Source of the DNA: the human T2T-CHM13v2.0 reference genome, Homo sapiens
Length of the DNA stretch: 64,000 bases
Assembly (NCBI RefSeq): GCF_009914755.1
Contig: NC_060933.1
Strand: one strand, 5' to 3'
How positions within the stretch are numbered: the stretch's first letter is position 1; every line of letters starts with the position of its first letter. Below are positions 42,335-56,849 of this stretch, piece after piece. Made by a program: the position numbers and the translations under genes. The notes below the pieces were generated by a model, which saw only the letters and a program-made list of their open reading frames with translations, had not been told where the DNA came from and searched no databases.

Positions 42335-42840
42335 CACTCAATAAATACTTGGTGAAATGAATCCAGGTCAGACTATGTCCCCGGTGCTGGGATACAAAGG
42401 TAAATAAGACACATTCTACCCCGGAGGAGCTCAGAGTTTGGCAGAAAAATCGGAGATGCTAACAAAGGAGGATAATAAAATATGATATAAGCAAGGTGCT
42501 ATAGGAATCTAGTAAAGGGGAAGATTGTTAGGTGGAATCAGGGTTTGCAGGAAAGGTGATACCCTTCAAGATCCGCTAGGTAGAGAAACAAGGGGAGATA
42601 GGAAAGAGAAGAGGGATTTCTAGGATGCAACTATGACGTTTCAATGAGTAAAAGCACTGAGTATTTTCATGAGATTCTATATAGTTTGGTTTCAAGGAAG
42701 CATGAAGGTGCTAAAAGGAGGACAATAAATTCGGTCTAGAAAGCAGGTTGAGGTCAGGTTGTGAAAAGCACCATATATGATTTATGGTGCTTTTGTGACC
42801 ATACCCAAAGGAGTTTGGATTTCATTTTCTCCATGGAAAA
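42335..42840 (-). mobile_element. L2 fragment
   Basis: ggtgctgggatacaaaggtaaataagac ... ggagtttggatttcatt. Confidence 0.65.
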
Positions 42841-43839
42841 GTCAGTTTTTAAATTTCCATATTGCCTACAGGACTAGGTTTTCCAAAGACTATTCCTGGC
42901 ATGCTAGTTTTATAGGATGTTAGTAAGAGTTATACCAAAACACCTATGCAGGTTTTAGTTGAAAGGGGAAGGATGATTGTCTGGCATGGACAGTATGATA
43001 CAGTGGTTATGAGAAATAACATTTATAGAGAATTTTTTTCTGAAACATGCACAGTCCATCCAGCTCTTAGATAGCGTAAGTTAAGCCAAACTCAACTGCA
43101 TACTTAAACCCAATAGTCTGCCTCTTCCTAGAATGGATTTTACCATTCTACTCTTCCACAAGATGAGAATGGCCTATGTTGAGAATTGTAAGAAGAAATG
43201 GTTTGATTCAACATTTGTGAGTGCTATCTTCAAATAGCTGGTTCGTCTTTATCTTAGTGTGTAGGTGCTGTAGTTGATTGTGTATCTGTTTTTGCCACAA
43301 ACACTAGGAATCTTAGAGCCAAATTTGTGTCTCCCTACCAACAGAGGATCCTTAGAACATTCATTTTGGGGTAATAACTAAACCCAGGATTTTTCTGACT
43401 TAAACCAGTTATATTCCCTTTGCTACAATGCCTTCATCTATTTATTTGATTCTATTGCAAGCATTTTGCAACCTCTCTCTGATCCTTTTGTGGGGGAAAA
43501 GCTGAGCTTAAGAAATGTAATGAACATATATCACTTACCACAGCATCTGGCATACAGTGCCTACTAACTAAGGATTTGTTTTTAATATGATGATTTTTTA
43601 TCAACCCCACCCATTTCATTTCACAGTCCTCCCCTATTGACAGAAGATGAAAAGAAGCATATCTGACTATCAGAAATGTTTTTCAAATTCTACTTTCATG
43701 GTCTCAAGTTCCATTAAGCACATTAATAAATAGACAAATATTAGCCAAGCAATTACTGATTGCAAGGCCCTGAGCTTTGTGCCATGAAGGAGACAAATCA
43801 ATAAGTCAACGAGGTAAGTGGAGCTTCTGATCTGATTAG

Positions 43840-44190
43840 GGAGGTATGATATTACTATGTGTCTCAGGATCCTCATCTGTAAAATGGGAAAAATAATATA
43901 ACCTACCCCATGGAGTCACTGTAAGAATTCTGACTTCATACATGTAAAGTGCAAATATAGTGCCTGGCACATAAGTACTCAGTTAATGTCATTTATTTCA
44001 TTAGTTTTTATTACTGTAAATTATCTTTGTGTGCAGGCAACACCAGAATATGCAATCATTAGGGGCTCTGTGTTCAGACATAGGGGAAATTACTTCCAGC
44101 TCAAGCCATTCAGGAAGGCTTCCCAGAAGTAGTAGGATTTGAGTTAGTCTTGAAGGATGGAGAGAATTCAACTAGGCAGAGAGAAACATG
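43840..44190. mobile_element. MIR followed by an L2 fragment
   Basis: cctcatctgtaaaatggga ... gtgcctggcacataagtactca; ggcttcccagaagtagtaggatttgag. Confidence 0.7.
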
Positions 44191-45419
44191 GACATTGATC
44201 CTTGTGGGATCTCAATTTAAAAAGGTGGAGGAGGGGGATATCCCCTTGGAAGAGACCTCACGAAGGCAGGGGATTCATGAAGGGGGCTAGTAGGTGGCAA
44301 GCCAGGCAAAGGCTCCTGCCTCCTCTTCCCTAAAGGCTCACACCATCAGCAATGACATCCTGCCTCTTCATGGGCCCTCCCAAACCATCCCCAGAAAGAA
44401 AATTGGGTGCTATTTTCTGAAAAACCTCTGAGCATCCTTCTGCATCCTTTAAGTACCTTTTAGTCATTAGGAAAATTACTTCATGGTGTGGTAATTATAG
44501 GGCGCTACAGACACCCTGTCCATTCTCCCACTAAATTCCTACACGCAGACTGAAAAAAACTATGATTCTATTTCAGGCAGGCGAGTGCTTTGGAAAGAAA
44601 GTGCAGGAAATGTGAAATGAGAAGGTGGCAGCAGAATTCCCATCTGTGCAGACACTGAAAGTCCTTTATTACAGAATGTGAGAGAGAAATCCGGCAAGTT
44701 GTGGCAGTGAAGGCTGGACTGGCTCCAATGTGCAGGCTGCAGAAGGCAGCTGCCAAGATGGCTGAAGCTATCTCAGAGACAAGGGTTCCAGGCTTCTTAC
44801 CCACATTTATCTGTTTGTTTAAAGAGAGAAAATGTATATTTTTTAAATATCCCATAGTCTGATATTTATAGACCTCTTAAAATTTGGAGGAGAAAAACTT
44901 CACCAGCTCAAAGACGTTAATTTGGATAATTAAGCACAATTCTTGTAGCAAGAAGAGGAAAACCAATTTTAAACTGCAACGGTGATATGTGAATCAATAA
45001 GGTCTGTGACAGATTTGATTGATGTGTGCAAGCCAATAAGCTTATACCCATTGAAGACAGAAGCCTTAAGAGCTGACGGATGGAGATAACAAGAAAAGAG
45101 GAAAATTCCAATTCTAACTTGATTATTTATACCCTGAATTATTCCAAATTATTTGCACTTTCTGAAATTCAAGTTGAGAAATCAAACTATCCAAAGAACA
45201 CCTGCTGACACAATTGAGCATCACCTTTCTTAAAGCAAATGCTAAACTCTGTCTAGGAAGATGGTTTTTCTTTTACTTTTCTTTTCTACCATCCAGCACC
45301 ATTCTGAGTGGGGAAAAGAGCATCAATCAAGCTGGCGACGGATTTGAGTCAAACTCACACTCTCCATTTCCATCACTATCCTAAACGCCACAGAGAAATA
45401 TGTTTCACAAAGGGAACTT

Positions 45420-45930
45420 TCCTCAATTAAAATTTTACGGAAGTATAAAATACAGACACATGCATAAATCATAAACATACAACTTGATGAATTTTTACAG
45501 TGTAATGATGTCCATGTATCCAGCACCCAAATCAAGAAATAGAACATTACTGGGGTCCCAGTTGCCCCCTATCAGTTACTCTATACCTTCAAGGTAACTA
45601 CTCTCATGATTTCTAATACCATGGATGCGACTTTTGCCTGCTTTTGAGCTTATATGAATGGAATTATACATCACTGACTCTTTTATGTCTGGCTTCTTTC
45701 ACTCAACGTTATGTTTGTGAGATTCATTCATGTTGTTGCATGTAGTTGTAATTCATTCAATCTCATTGTTGTATAGGATTTATTTAAAGTGACATGATTT
45801 ACTATCCATTCTACAGGTAGTAGACATTTAGATTATATTCTGTTTGGAATTAACTCAAGTAATGCTTGTGTAAACATTCTTGAACATATCTTGCAAATAT
45901 TAGGATTATACCCACGAGCAGAATTGCTGC
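45420..45930 (-). mobile_element. L1ME/MD 3' fragment
   Basis: cagcacccaaatcaagaaatagaacatt ... ttatgtttgtgagattcattcatgttgttgca. Confidence 0.75.
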
Positions 45931-45939
45931 ATAGAGTTT

Positions 45940-46500
45940 TGAGTGCTTGCTATTTACTGAGCTAGGCTAGATGCTAGAATAAAACCACAAAAAGACCCAG
46001 TCTCTTCTTGCAAGGACCTTAGGATCCAGGGAAGGACAGAGATGACTGACAAATACTATTCCATGTTCATAGGAGCTATGCACAAGAGTATCTTGGGCTG
46101 GATGGGGGTACAGTGGAAGGTGGTGGAGTCAGGCGAGGCTTTCCAGTGGAAATGACACTCAAATGGACTTCTGAAGGATAAGGAGGCATTGGCCAGGGCA
46201 CAAAGTGCAAGGGCAGAAGGAACAGCATGTAGAAAAGCAGAGATGGGTGAGAAAGCAGGTCAAGTCCAGAAACCTCCTGTTATGCCATAGAAAGAGGTGG
46301 GAAATATGTGGTAAAGATGAGGGCTGAGTAGATAAGTTGGAATCCTATCATGAAGAACCTTGTTCACCGTCTAGGAAATACATACATAATCCTGAATGTG
46401 ACGGGAGCTACAGAAAATTCAAGAGACATGGAGTGACCAGATCCACTCTTTCTGGTGGTTATATGGAGTCTGGACTGGAGAAGGAGAGCCTACAAGCTAG
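45940..46500 (-). mobile_element. L2 fragment
   Basis: gagtcaggcgaggctttccagtgga ... ggcagaaggaacagcatg. Confidence 0.65.
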
Positions 46501-47499
46501 AAACTGACGAGAATGCATGCTTTGTCTGGAAACAGGAATGAGGTATGGTATCTTAGCAAATAGAAACTAGGTGATTCTTTGAGGAAAGTCTTGCTTTGGC
46601 CCAATATCCAAGCCAAGAATCTGGATGGCTTCTAATGGAATACAGAGTGTTGCGGGGAGAGGGGAAAGGAGCAAGGGAGGTGTGTGTATGTGTGGGTGCC
46701 AAGTTTCAATGTGCAGAAACCACACACAGTAATTCATGCAGAAAGCTTTTGGGGCCAGCAGGCCACCTGCTGACATCCAGACTGGTGCAGGCAAGGAGCC
46801 CTCTGCTTGAAAGCGGAAAGGGAAAGCATATGTGTGGGGAGTTCAAGCCAAAAAGCAAATTCACTACAACATGAGTCTGCAAAGTGGTGCCAAGATCTCA
46901 TAGCAGCTTTCCGTCCCCTCTGGAGACCGAGATGGAATGCTGAGTGGAGATGAGCAAGGTCTAATCCTGCCCAGCTCCCTGCTGGAGTCACAAGAGGATT
47001 CTAGAAAGTCTCGTTGTCACTGATTGAAATAATAAATTCAGTAGGAATATTTTATGTAAATTTTCCTAAAGTGGTGGCTTGGTTGCAGTCCAGAAAGTTG
47101 ATGTTAGGACTAAGAATGGAAATTTGATATAGCAGAGAAGTGGGTAAAATAAAATATGACAGAAATATGCTACTTTATTAAGTTCAATTTTACATTTAAA
47201 AAATAAAATTATTTCTAGTTTTTATAAGTATAAAATTGGTAATATATTAGAAAGTATAAAAGTTCATGAGAGTTGAAAATATTTGCCCCAAATTCTACTG
47301 GCCAAAGAAAACAAGTTGGAAGAGATGTCTTCTTGCCTGCCTGCCTTTCATCCTTTATTCCTTTTCTTTCTTCCTCCCTTTTTTTCTTTCTTTCCTTATT
47401 TTAATGTATACATTCCTACATAGTTGTAATTGTAAAGCAACATTTATCTTTTGCCATAATTGGCATAATCTCATCTTATTAAAAATTTGTTATGACCTA

Positions 47500-48560
47500 A
47501 GTTTATATTTTATTTTTATTAAAATATTATAATTTCATTGCAAAATGTAAAAGAAAATGCTATGCAAAAAGCAAAGAAAATAAAAACCACCATTGTCTCT
47601 ACTACTCAGAGATAATCATTATCAATTCTTACTACATTTCTTTCTTGACATTTTATGTGTTCTTGTCAACAATTTAACAAAATTATTGTTTTTTATATTT
47701 AATTTTGTAATTTTTATTATTGCCTATGTATTATGGACATCTTTTCTAACTGTATCCCATTGTATAGCATCACATTTTATTTAAATAATTCCTATTTTTG
47801 GACACTTAAGATATCCCAATTTTTCATAATATAAGAAATGCTATTCTTGTCCTAATTTTAAAATATATAAATATAAATACACACACATACATACACACAC
47901 ACACAGACTTCCCATGGAATCGCTCAGCAAAAAAAAATTTACATGAATTTTTAGGGCTTTGGCTACATACTCTCAAGTTTTTATCTGGAAAGTACATACC
48001 AACTTATACTACCAGCAGCAAAGTAATACCCATTTCTCTACAACTTCACCAACACTGGCTATTACTAATCATTAAAGAAAAACTATGTGGTATTCTGGTG
48101 GGTGACAATGAAATTATGTCCTTTATTACTAATGAGGTTAGATATTTCTTTATGTGTATACGGCACATTTTTATTTCTTCTTTTTTTGAACTGCCTGTTC
48201 AAAGCATAATTTTTATACTGGCATAGTTCTGTCATGTGGATATACCATTGTTTATCTAAGCATTCTCTATTCAAAGGGGAAAAGCAAAGTATATGTTCGA
48301 GGAGTTCAAGCCAAGAAACAAATACATTACTATATGTGTCTGGAACAATATAACAAGATCTTACTGCCTTCCAACCCTTCTAGAGACTTCCAGAGTTTTG
48401 CTCGTCATATATAATTCTGGAGTGAACATCTTTGAATACAAAGGGTTTTTGTATGTGTATGTTTGGGGTATTTAAGATAGATTCCTGGAAATATTGCTAC
48501 TAGTTCAAAAAGTATGGCTATTATGAATATACTAATTGTACCCAGTATTACTTTAATGCA
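47500..48560 (-). mobile_element. Ancient L1ME 3' fragments, interrupted at 48271-48387
   Basis: tataccattgtttatctaagcattctctat | ... | ttccagagttttgct ... gtgaacatctttgaatac. Confidence 0.6.
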
Positions 48561-49336
48561 GAATTATCCTTTATTATAGCAATTATATAAACAACCATTA
48601 GTCTGAGAACAGATGTCTATAAAGGCAAAGTAGACTAAATTCTGGTACTAGCAGGACAAGGTGTTCTTTTGTATTTGATATGAAATATCAAGTAAGATAG
48701 GAAGCATATCTTGCCAAAGGTTCCACAAGCATGGGGTCATTCATTCATCTCATCATACAAACACACAGGATTCTGGAGTTACTAGCCAGAACAACATGTC
48801 TTTCAATCCTAATCATGCATATGTTAGTGAAGACGGAAGCAGAAATGGAACTGTGAGGTCAAAGATGTTTGTACTAACTCCTTTTCCTTGTTCTTTTGGG
48901 ATCAACTTCTGGCACTATGTAGCATGGTTACTCTAGAAATTATTGGGAAAAAAATGCTTTAGAAATTATCCCTTCATTTTTTTAATGGGAGAGGCTGGGA
49001 AGTAAATTTAATTAAAGCCTTGAGATCAGTGTGTGAGTATACGCACATATATGTGTGCTTATGTACATGGTGGTAAGGAATAAAAGAGTTTTTACATTGT
49101 ATTTTAATGTGCTTTTCAGGTGTTTCTGATGTTTGGTCAGACTTGTCTTCTGGTCGCTATTGGGCTGATGTCCCCTGTTATTCTAATAATTGTCCCTTCA
49201 TATATTGTCTGTCTTTTCTCTCCACTTGCTCTTCAACTAGAATTCCCTTATCTTCACTGTTCTGCTCTTCATATGATGCATCTAGCTGTAGATTTATATA
49301 TTATGCACAGGACTCAGTGTGCTTCTTCAATCTGAG

Positions 49337-49408
49337 AATCTGCTTCTGCTTTTTATAATTTCTGGAAAATTCAATCTGCTTCTGCCTTTTATAAGTTCTG
49401 GAAAATTC
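49337..49408. repeat. 36-bp tandem duplication
   Basis: aatctgcttctgc(t/c)ttttataa(t/g)ttctggaaaattc twice, 2 mismatches. Confidence 0.9.
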
Positions 49409-50139
49409 CCAGCCATTTTCGCTGAAAATATTGCCCCTTCACCATTTTCTGCTTTTGCAATTTCCATTAGACCTAAGTTGTAACTTTTAATTTAATCTTC
49501 CATATCTCTTGATTTCCCTTTCGGATTGTAGCCCTCTTTATCTTTCTCTGCAGCAGTTTGGGTAATTTCCTCAGATACAACTTTCATATCACCAACTCTC
49601 TCTTCAACCATGCCTGATCTGCTTTTAAAGTTGGCCACTATGTTTAACTTTATTCATGATTTTTCATTTTGAATTGTTATATTTGGTTGTTTTTCAGATG
49701 TTCCTTTCTTTTTTAGTCCTATTTTTTTCATGAGAGTTTTTATTCCTCTCTTTATCTCTTTAATGAGTGTAAATATATTTAATTTCTAGACAGTTTTAGG
49801 TTGTTACATTATCTCAGGTTCTTGGGGGTGCTATTTCTCTCACATGTGTCTGCTGACTCTCCCTTATTTGGATCTTTTTTTTTTTTTTTTTTTTGGTTTG
49901 TTCTTTTTCATTGTAAACTTATTTTCAGCTAGAGTATTTTTTCCCTGTGGCACCCCTGTGTACTTTAAGATGTGGTAGTATCATTTTAGACAAGTTTTAC
50001 ATTTGATTCTTCTGGAAACTCCAGTAGTTTTACTTGCTTGAAGTAATTATGACATCTACATTAATATATTCATTTGAGATTCCTGTACTATGCAAATAGT
50101 GTAAAATTTGGATTCAATACCCATGCACAGCACAGATTT

Positions 50140-50611
<472 letters not shown>

Positions 50612-52129
50612 TAGTACACGAACAATGTGTTTTGTAGTCCCCTTGTATGAGGGAAGCAGGTCTTCAGTTCTAAGTCCTCACCTTTCACAGGCCCAAGGTT
50701 AAGTCCTTTATTGTGTATGTGTGTTAAAGCCTAACCCATAGCTGTTAGATCCTATAGCCATGTCTAATATCCTCTGTACTGTTCTGGTATCAGCTCATGC
50801 ATTTACCACATTGACTATAAGATTCTTCCTTCTCTGTGGCACATGGACATTTCCTCTTTTTTTTTTCTTTTCTTTCTGTTTACCTGTCTGTCTCTGTTTC
50901 AGCTACGTATGCAAAATAGTTTTGTTTTATCCAGCAGTTCTGTGTGCCTCAGCACATAGAAGAATTTCAGTATGCTAAGGAGGTGGAGCTAGAAAGCTAT
51001 GTCAGTCAGGTTTGTAGACTACTGACTGGTGCAATAGAAATACATGACCTTTGGAACTGAAACCTGAGACTGAGCTGTGACTTCACCACTTACCATCTGA
51101 GTAAGCTGTGCCTAGTCATTCAACCTCTCCAAGCTATATTTTTCTCATCAATAAAAAATAGATAATGTTAGTATTGATCTTCATTACATGGTTTTCCTTA
51201 TTGCTCTAAATTCACTTTTATTTAAATTCAAACCATTTTCTCCATCCCAATTCCTAGAAAAGCTAGAGAAGATTGCAATTTTCTTATATATCTTATTCAA
51301 TATTTTCCCTTATTAAACAAATATGTTATGAAGGAATAAAGCAGTTATTGATTGAATGATCTTATTACCTTTCCTCAATGTACTTTTCACATACCAATGG
51401 ACTGAGAAAATCTCTGACAGAAAAAAGACCTAAAATAGGAAAGAAATGATAAATTCCATTTCTTGGTAAATATGCAAGGATGGGGTTGGGGTGGAGTTAC
51501 ATTTCTGTGGAGTTTCACCCCTCACAGTTTTCATCTCTCTTTCTCTCCCTGGAGAGTGCAAATGAGTGAAACCTTATATTAGTTTAGACGTTCTGCTTCG
51601 ATACATGTTTAAGAGCCAATAAACCTGTCAGAGTAGATTTCAGGCTGAGACAAGGTGAATGGCCTCACAGTAATTCTGCCAGCGCCTCAGGGTACCAGGC
51701 AACATAAGCAGAGAGGTCACCAAATGCCTGCTCACCCCATGCCCAGGCGCAGAGATATTCCACATAGGAATATAAGGACCTTTCCCAAAACGTTGTGTTT
51801 GGCATGTGGTAAAATTCTTTGTCAAACAGCAGAGCAGTCCGATAAGAAAACAACAACAACAACAACGAAGAAAAACAGAGCAAAAAATGAAGGCACATAG
51901 AAATAACAGGTCCTCTTAGTGATTCTGGTGGTTTGTAAACTCCACGTGAAAGTTATTATTTATCATGGAAGGCAATGTGGAGGTGTACACACCCAAAAGC
52001 TATCCACTTTTACCCCACAGACAGACTTACACAAAAACACTAGGTTGTCCATGGCAGTTTAATTTTTTTGTTTTTACTTTCTATAGCTTGTTTCTAGTAA
52101 TGAAGACCTATAGGTACTGATCTATAGGG

Positions 52130-53800
52130 ATTGCAAAATTAAGAAGCCAATTCCACCAATTATTCCACAGTGTGCCCTATAGGCAACAAGCCAAGTCCTA
52201 CTGCATAGGACTTCCTATTGGCATTTTTTAATATCTAACTTTTAAAATATGAACAGATAGCCAAGAATTATCTGACATTTCAAGAAAGCCTCCAGCAGAA
52301 AAGACAGAGACATCAAATCAGAAGAAAGGAAGAAAGGAAACTCAAAAGAAACAGAGACAATATACTAAAGAAGAAAACTTTAATCAAACTATGTTTAATG
52401 ATCTCAGAGGTATAAGATAAGCTATTTATCCTTAAAGTTAGGATGCTAGTAAGAAAAAAAGAGAAATAAATGAAGCTTATTGTTTAAAAAATAAAACGTT
52501 CTTAGAAATTTAAATATGATAACTAAAATTATGTGTGCATGTGTGTGTAAGATTTGGAAAATAAAGGTAAGGAAATATCTCAAAACATTAAGAAAAAGTA
52601 GAAGGCAAATCAGAAGAAACTAAAAGTCCAGTGCAGCAGGCCCAACATCCTACCAATAGGATCTAGAAAAAAATATGTCAAGAGAAAGATTATGGGAAAA
52701 TTTTTTGGACCTGAAGAACGTGAGTCCCCAGATTGAAAAGTCCTATTCAGCAACTAGCACAATAAATGCAAAAAGACCCAGCTCTGTCATAAAACTTCAG
52801 TACACCAGGAAGACAGTAAAATTTTCAAGAAAGGAAACAGTAGGTCACATACACATGATCAAGAATAAAACGGCAGTCAATACTCAGTACTAGCAAGGAA
52901 AAATACAAATGTTTTCTGACATTTAAGATTTAAGAAATCTTGACCCATGCACATTTTCTCAAGAAGTCTTCTAAAGGATGAGCTTCACCTAATGCAAGAA
53001 AGACAAAACAATATCCAGAAAATAAGGAATCAACACAGGAGGAAGATGAAAGAAATTCCCTGGACAATAATGAAAATAAGTCTTAATATGATAACCGTAC
53101 ATAGGTTTAGAAAACAAGCAACACAGATACAAGAGTCCAGAGACATATGGAGGAAGAGCTCCATTAAAAAAAAAATTCAACTAATTGGATTAGGTGGTAC
53201 AGCTGCTAATATAGGTAGTTATACATTGAGATACTGTATGTCTTGTGCTTGGGAACATGAGTGCAGGAGTCAGACTGCCTGGGTTCGAGTCCTGGCTCTG
53301 CCACTTACCATCTTATGTGAGCCAATTAATTTCTCTGTGCTTCATGCTTCCCATCTGTGAAATACAGATTATAGTTACCTACCTTATAGAGTTATCATAA
53401 AAAAATTAAATGCGACACTGATACTGTGATGAAAACAGTGTCTTGAATATTGCTGGATGTTAGGGGAAGCAAAGACAGTAACACGTACAGAGAAAACTAA
53501 GTCATTTTTTTAAATGAGTAAACTATCAGCTCTAGGAAAAAGGATAATTGAACAAGAAAGGAATTGTAATGATAGTATGCTCCTTGGCTCAGCAGAAAAT
53601 ATTTCCATTGTTGGAATAATGCAAATCCTGAAAATTGTGATGTAATAAACTGGAAGGATAAAGGGAGGAAAACGGGACTTAAGGGAGAAATCGTTATCTA
53701 CCATAATAGAAGTGCGTAGAGGTAGTATTCTATTTAGGATATGGAATTAGATATTAAAATAAATGGCTAAACACATCTGAATTAATCCTCAAGGAACAGG
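52130..53800 (+). mobile_element. Ancient L1ME/HAL1-type ORF1 region, with a MIR at ~53240-53450
   Basis: ORF1-like remnant ENFLDLKNVSPQIEK (52675-52893); MIR gtcagactgcctgggttcgagtcctggctctgccacttac. Confidence 0.6.
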
Positions 53801-54518
53801 ACTTGGTTAACTATGGCATTTGGTTAGCATAAATAAAGAAAGAAGGAGGCAAGGAAGGAAGGAGTACAGGAGAACCGGCGCTGCTGCAGTGATTCTGAAG
53901 CACGAAGTTCTAAGAGAAGCCTCAAGATTGTAGGTCATGGTGGAAGTGCCCACCGTGGAGTCTGCACTGCTAGGAAGCATTCCCAGGAAGGGAAGAACCT
54001 TCTATTCCACGAACCCATAACATGGGTCTCCATTACCCTGAAAGGGTTTTTCCTGTCTGGAAAAGGAACCTGCAGAGATAATCTAATAGTGAAGGAGGGA
54101 AAACTTTTTGTTTTTACCTCTTCTACCTAGAACATGAGTTAAGTTTGGCTTGACACTACAATCACCCATTAAAAAAAAAAAAAAAAGAAAGAGTACATTT
54201 TGGTTTGAAATAGTATTTCCTAAAACAGCAAGTCACAGTACTAAAAATTGACATTTAATTACAGGTAACTGACATATAAATAAAGGGATAAATATCCCTG
54301 TTGTGCTCTGAAATTAAATGAATAAAAAAGGATTCTGCCAAATAATCATTAAAAAGATGAAAGAGAAGGCATGCAGGTTGCCCGCATAAGGATAACACTT
54401 AAGTGAGGCCTGAATTTGTCTGAGCTGCACATGATGTTTCAAAGCCATGGCAAGCTGTGAACAGCCTGAGGGTTGTGAACGTCCGGGTGTCATGACACTT
54501 TTCTACATTAGTGACCCA

Positions 54519-54532
54519 TCACCGGGTGGCGC
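54519..54532 (+). promoter_or_regulatory. Candidate CTCF site
   Basis: TCACCGGGTGGCGC, 12/14 match to CCACCAGGTGGCGC, in a locally CpG-retaining unique patch. Confidence 0.3.
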
Positions 54533-55519
54533 CTCCATCCTTGGGCAGGACCTGTTGAGGTCCTCAGCACTCACACTGTCTTTAAAGGCTGCACAAAAAC
54601 CACAAGACGAGCCAGCATGGAGGAAAACAACTCATTAGGCATTTTCCTGTCTGGGGTACAGATGTGTTTGGATTTCAATGAAGGAGCTGAAACTTCAACA
54701 GCTGAGCTAGAGACAGCTGTTCCAGAAACCCAGAGGGAGACCTAAAGGTCTTATTTTGTGTTGTGTCTTGGCAACACTCCTTGCTATTGCTGACCCGTAG
54801 CAAAGGGCCAGTCCTTTGTGATAGGCCTTGAGGCGATCATATTTCCAGCTGTGTCAAGAAGAAGCAGTGTGACACAGTCACAGGAACTCCTTGCTTGGGT
54901 CACAGAAACACCAAGACACCACCTAAGCATGAAATCTCACACAAAATATAAGCAAGTAGATATTTTATGACAGCTATGGGAAGTGACGATTTTGTAAGAA
55001 GCAAAATAAATGCAAATGAATTTTTTTTTAACATGTAAAATTCTGAGCCAAATGGCTTTGGATTTATAATTCCCAGGGATTTTGGTGCTTTCAGTAATGA
55101 GCAGGAGCATGGAGTTTTGGGGGGGTTAAATCCTTTAAGTGTTTCTCTATAAAACCAATTCATGCCATGCCAGCTTTTCTGTCCTAAAAAAGTATTTCAG
55201 TTTACTTTCTCACTTTTTCCCCTAGGTTAGAGCAATGTTTTTTTGTTTTTGTTTCTGTTTTTTTAAAAAAAGCAGGGGCAGGGGAAGGAGAGAGATTGAG
55301 GAAGGGAACAAATACTTATGAAATTCCCATCCTGTGTGGGCATCGTGGGAGAAACTTTGTCCACATAATCATAAAAATTCTCATAATTCTAAGCCAGGAA
55401 TTATTATTATGATACCCATTTTAAACATAAAGAAACTGAAACTCACTGTAAAACATGTTTAAAATCACAAGGCTAATGTGAAGCAGAGCTGAGATTAAAA
55501 ATGAGGTCTGTTTGAATAT

Positions 55520-56150
55520 TAAATCTATACCTTTTCCCCATATCTGCATCCCAGTGTTCATTGCAGTTTTATTCATAGTAGCCAAGAAATGGAACCAACC
55601 TAAGTGTCCATCAGTGGATGAACTGATAAAGAAAACATGTTCTATATACACAACATAATACTATTCAGCCTTAAGATAAAAGGAAATTTTGTCATTTGTA
55701 ACAACATGCACAAAACTCGAGGACATTATATTAAGTGAAATAAACCAGGCACAGAAAGACAAGGCACCATCTCACCTATGTGTGGAATCTAAAAAATTGA
55801 AACCCCTAAGAGCAAAGAGTAGAATGGTAGGCACTGGGGGCTGAGGGAAGGGTGAGTGAGGAGATATTGATCAAAGGTTATAAAATTTTAGTTAGACAGG
55901 AGGAATACGCTCAAGAAATCTATTGAATAACATGGTGACTATTGCTATTAACAATTTATTGTATACTTGAAAATGGCTGAGAGTAGATGCTAAATGTTAT
56001 TACCACATACAAAAAGGTAGGTGAGACAATGCATATGTTAATTAGCTTAATTTACCCATTCCACAGTTTACACATATTTCAGAACATCATGTTATACGTC
56101 ATGAATGTATACGATTTTAGCATACATATATATACATACTAAAAATTAAT
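55520..56150 (+). mobile_element. L1MA 3' end, beside a MIR (~55330-55500)
   Basis: tggaaccaacctaagtgtccatca ... gttagacaggaggaata ... catatgttaattagctt. Confidence 0.85.
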
Positions 56151-56849
56151 AATTATTACTAAAGGAGGTATAAATAAGTGAAGAAAGAAAGAAAAAGAAC
56201 TATGCTCTTTCCTTTTGACCATGTTTCTTCTCATAAATGTCAAACACAGACCTTTGCTTTCTCTTATGCAGTAAGGCAGCGCTGTCACTAACAGAGGCAA
56301 TACATTCCTTTTATTCATGTAAGCCATATAGGATAGTCCATAAATTAAAACTGTGAGAATAAATGTGCTTATCTCTAGTTTATCAGTTAAGATTCCTGCT
56401 GTGACATATTTCTCTTTTGCCAAATATTCTAAAATCTTCCTTATTCATTGCTTCTCATCTTGCCCAAGTAAAATTGGCAAGCACTGTTATCCTCACTTAA
56501 TAACACAAGTTACCCAGGGAATAGCCTGGATTAGAAGCTATGATGCCCACAGCTTATGGATAAGCACTCCGAGTCTTCTATTTGGACTCAGTGAAGAATT
56601 CAGAGGTCTATTTGGTAGAAATTCAGTTAAGAGTCTGGCAGATTTGATTATTTCAGAGCCACGGTTTCCAGGACACACTACCTTTGCCTGTTTTCCTTCT
56701 CTGATTGCTTCTTTTTAGACGGAATTTTCCTATTCCCCTAACCTTTTAGAATTGGTATAACATACAGTTCTGGTCCCAGACTTCTCCCTGATTATTCTCT
56801 TTCTTCATTTAGCCAAAAAGTATTTGAGCTTCTATTACATGTACATGTC

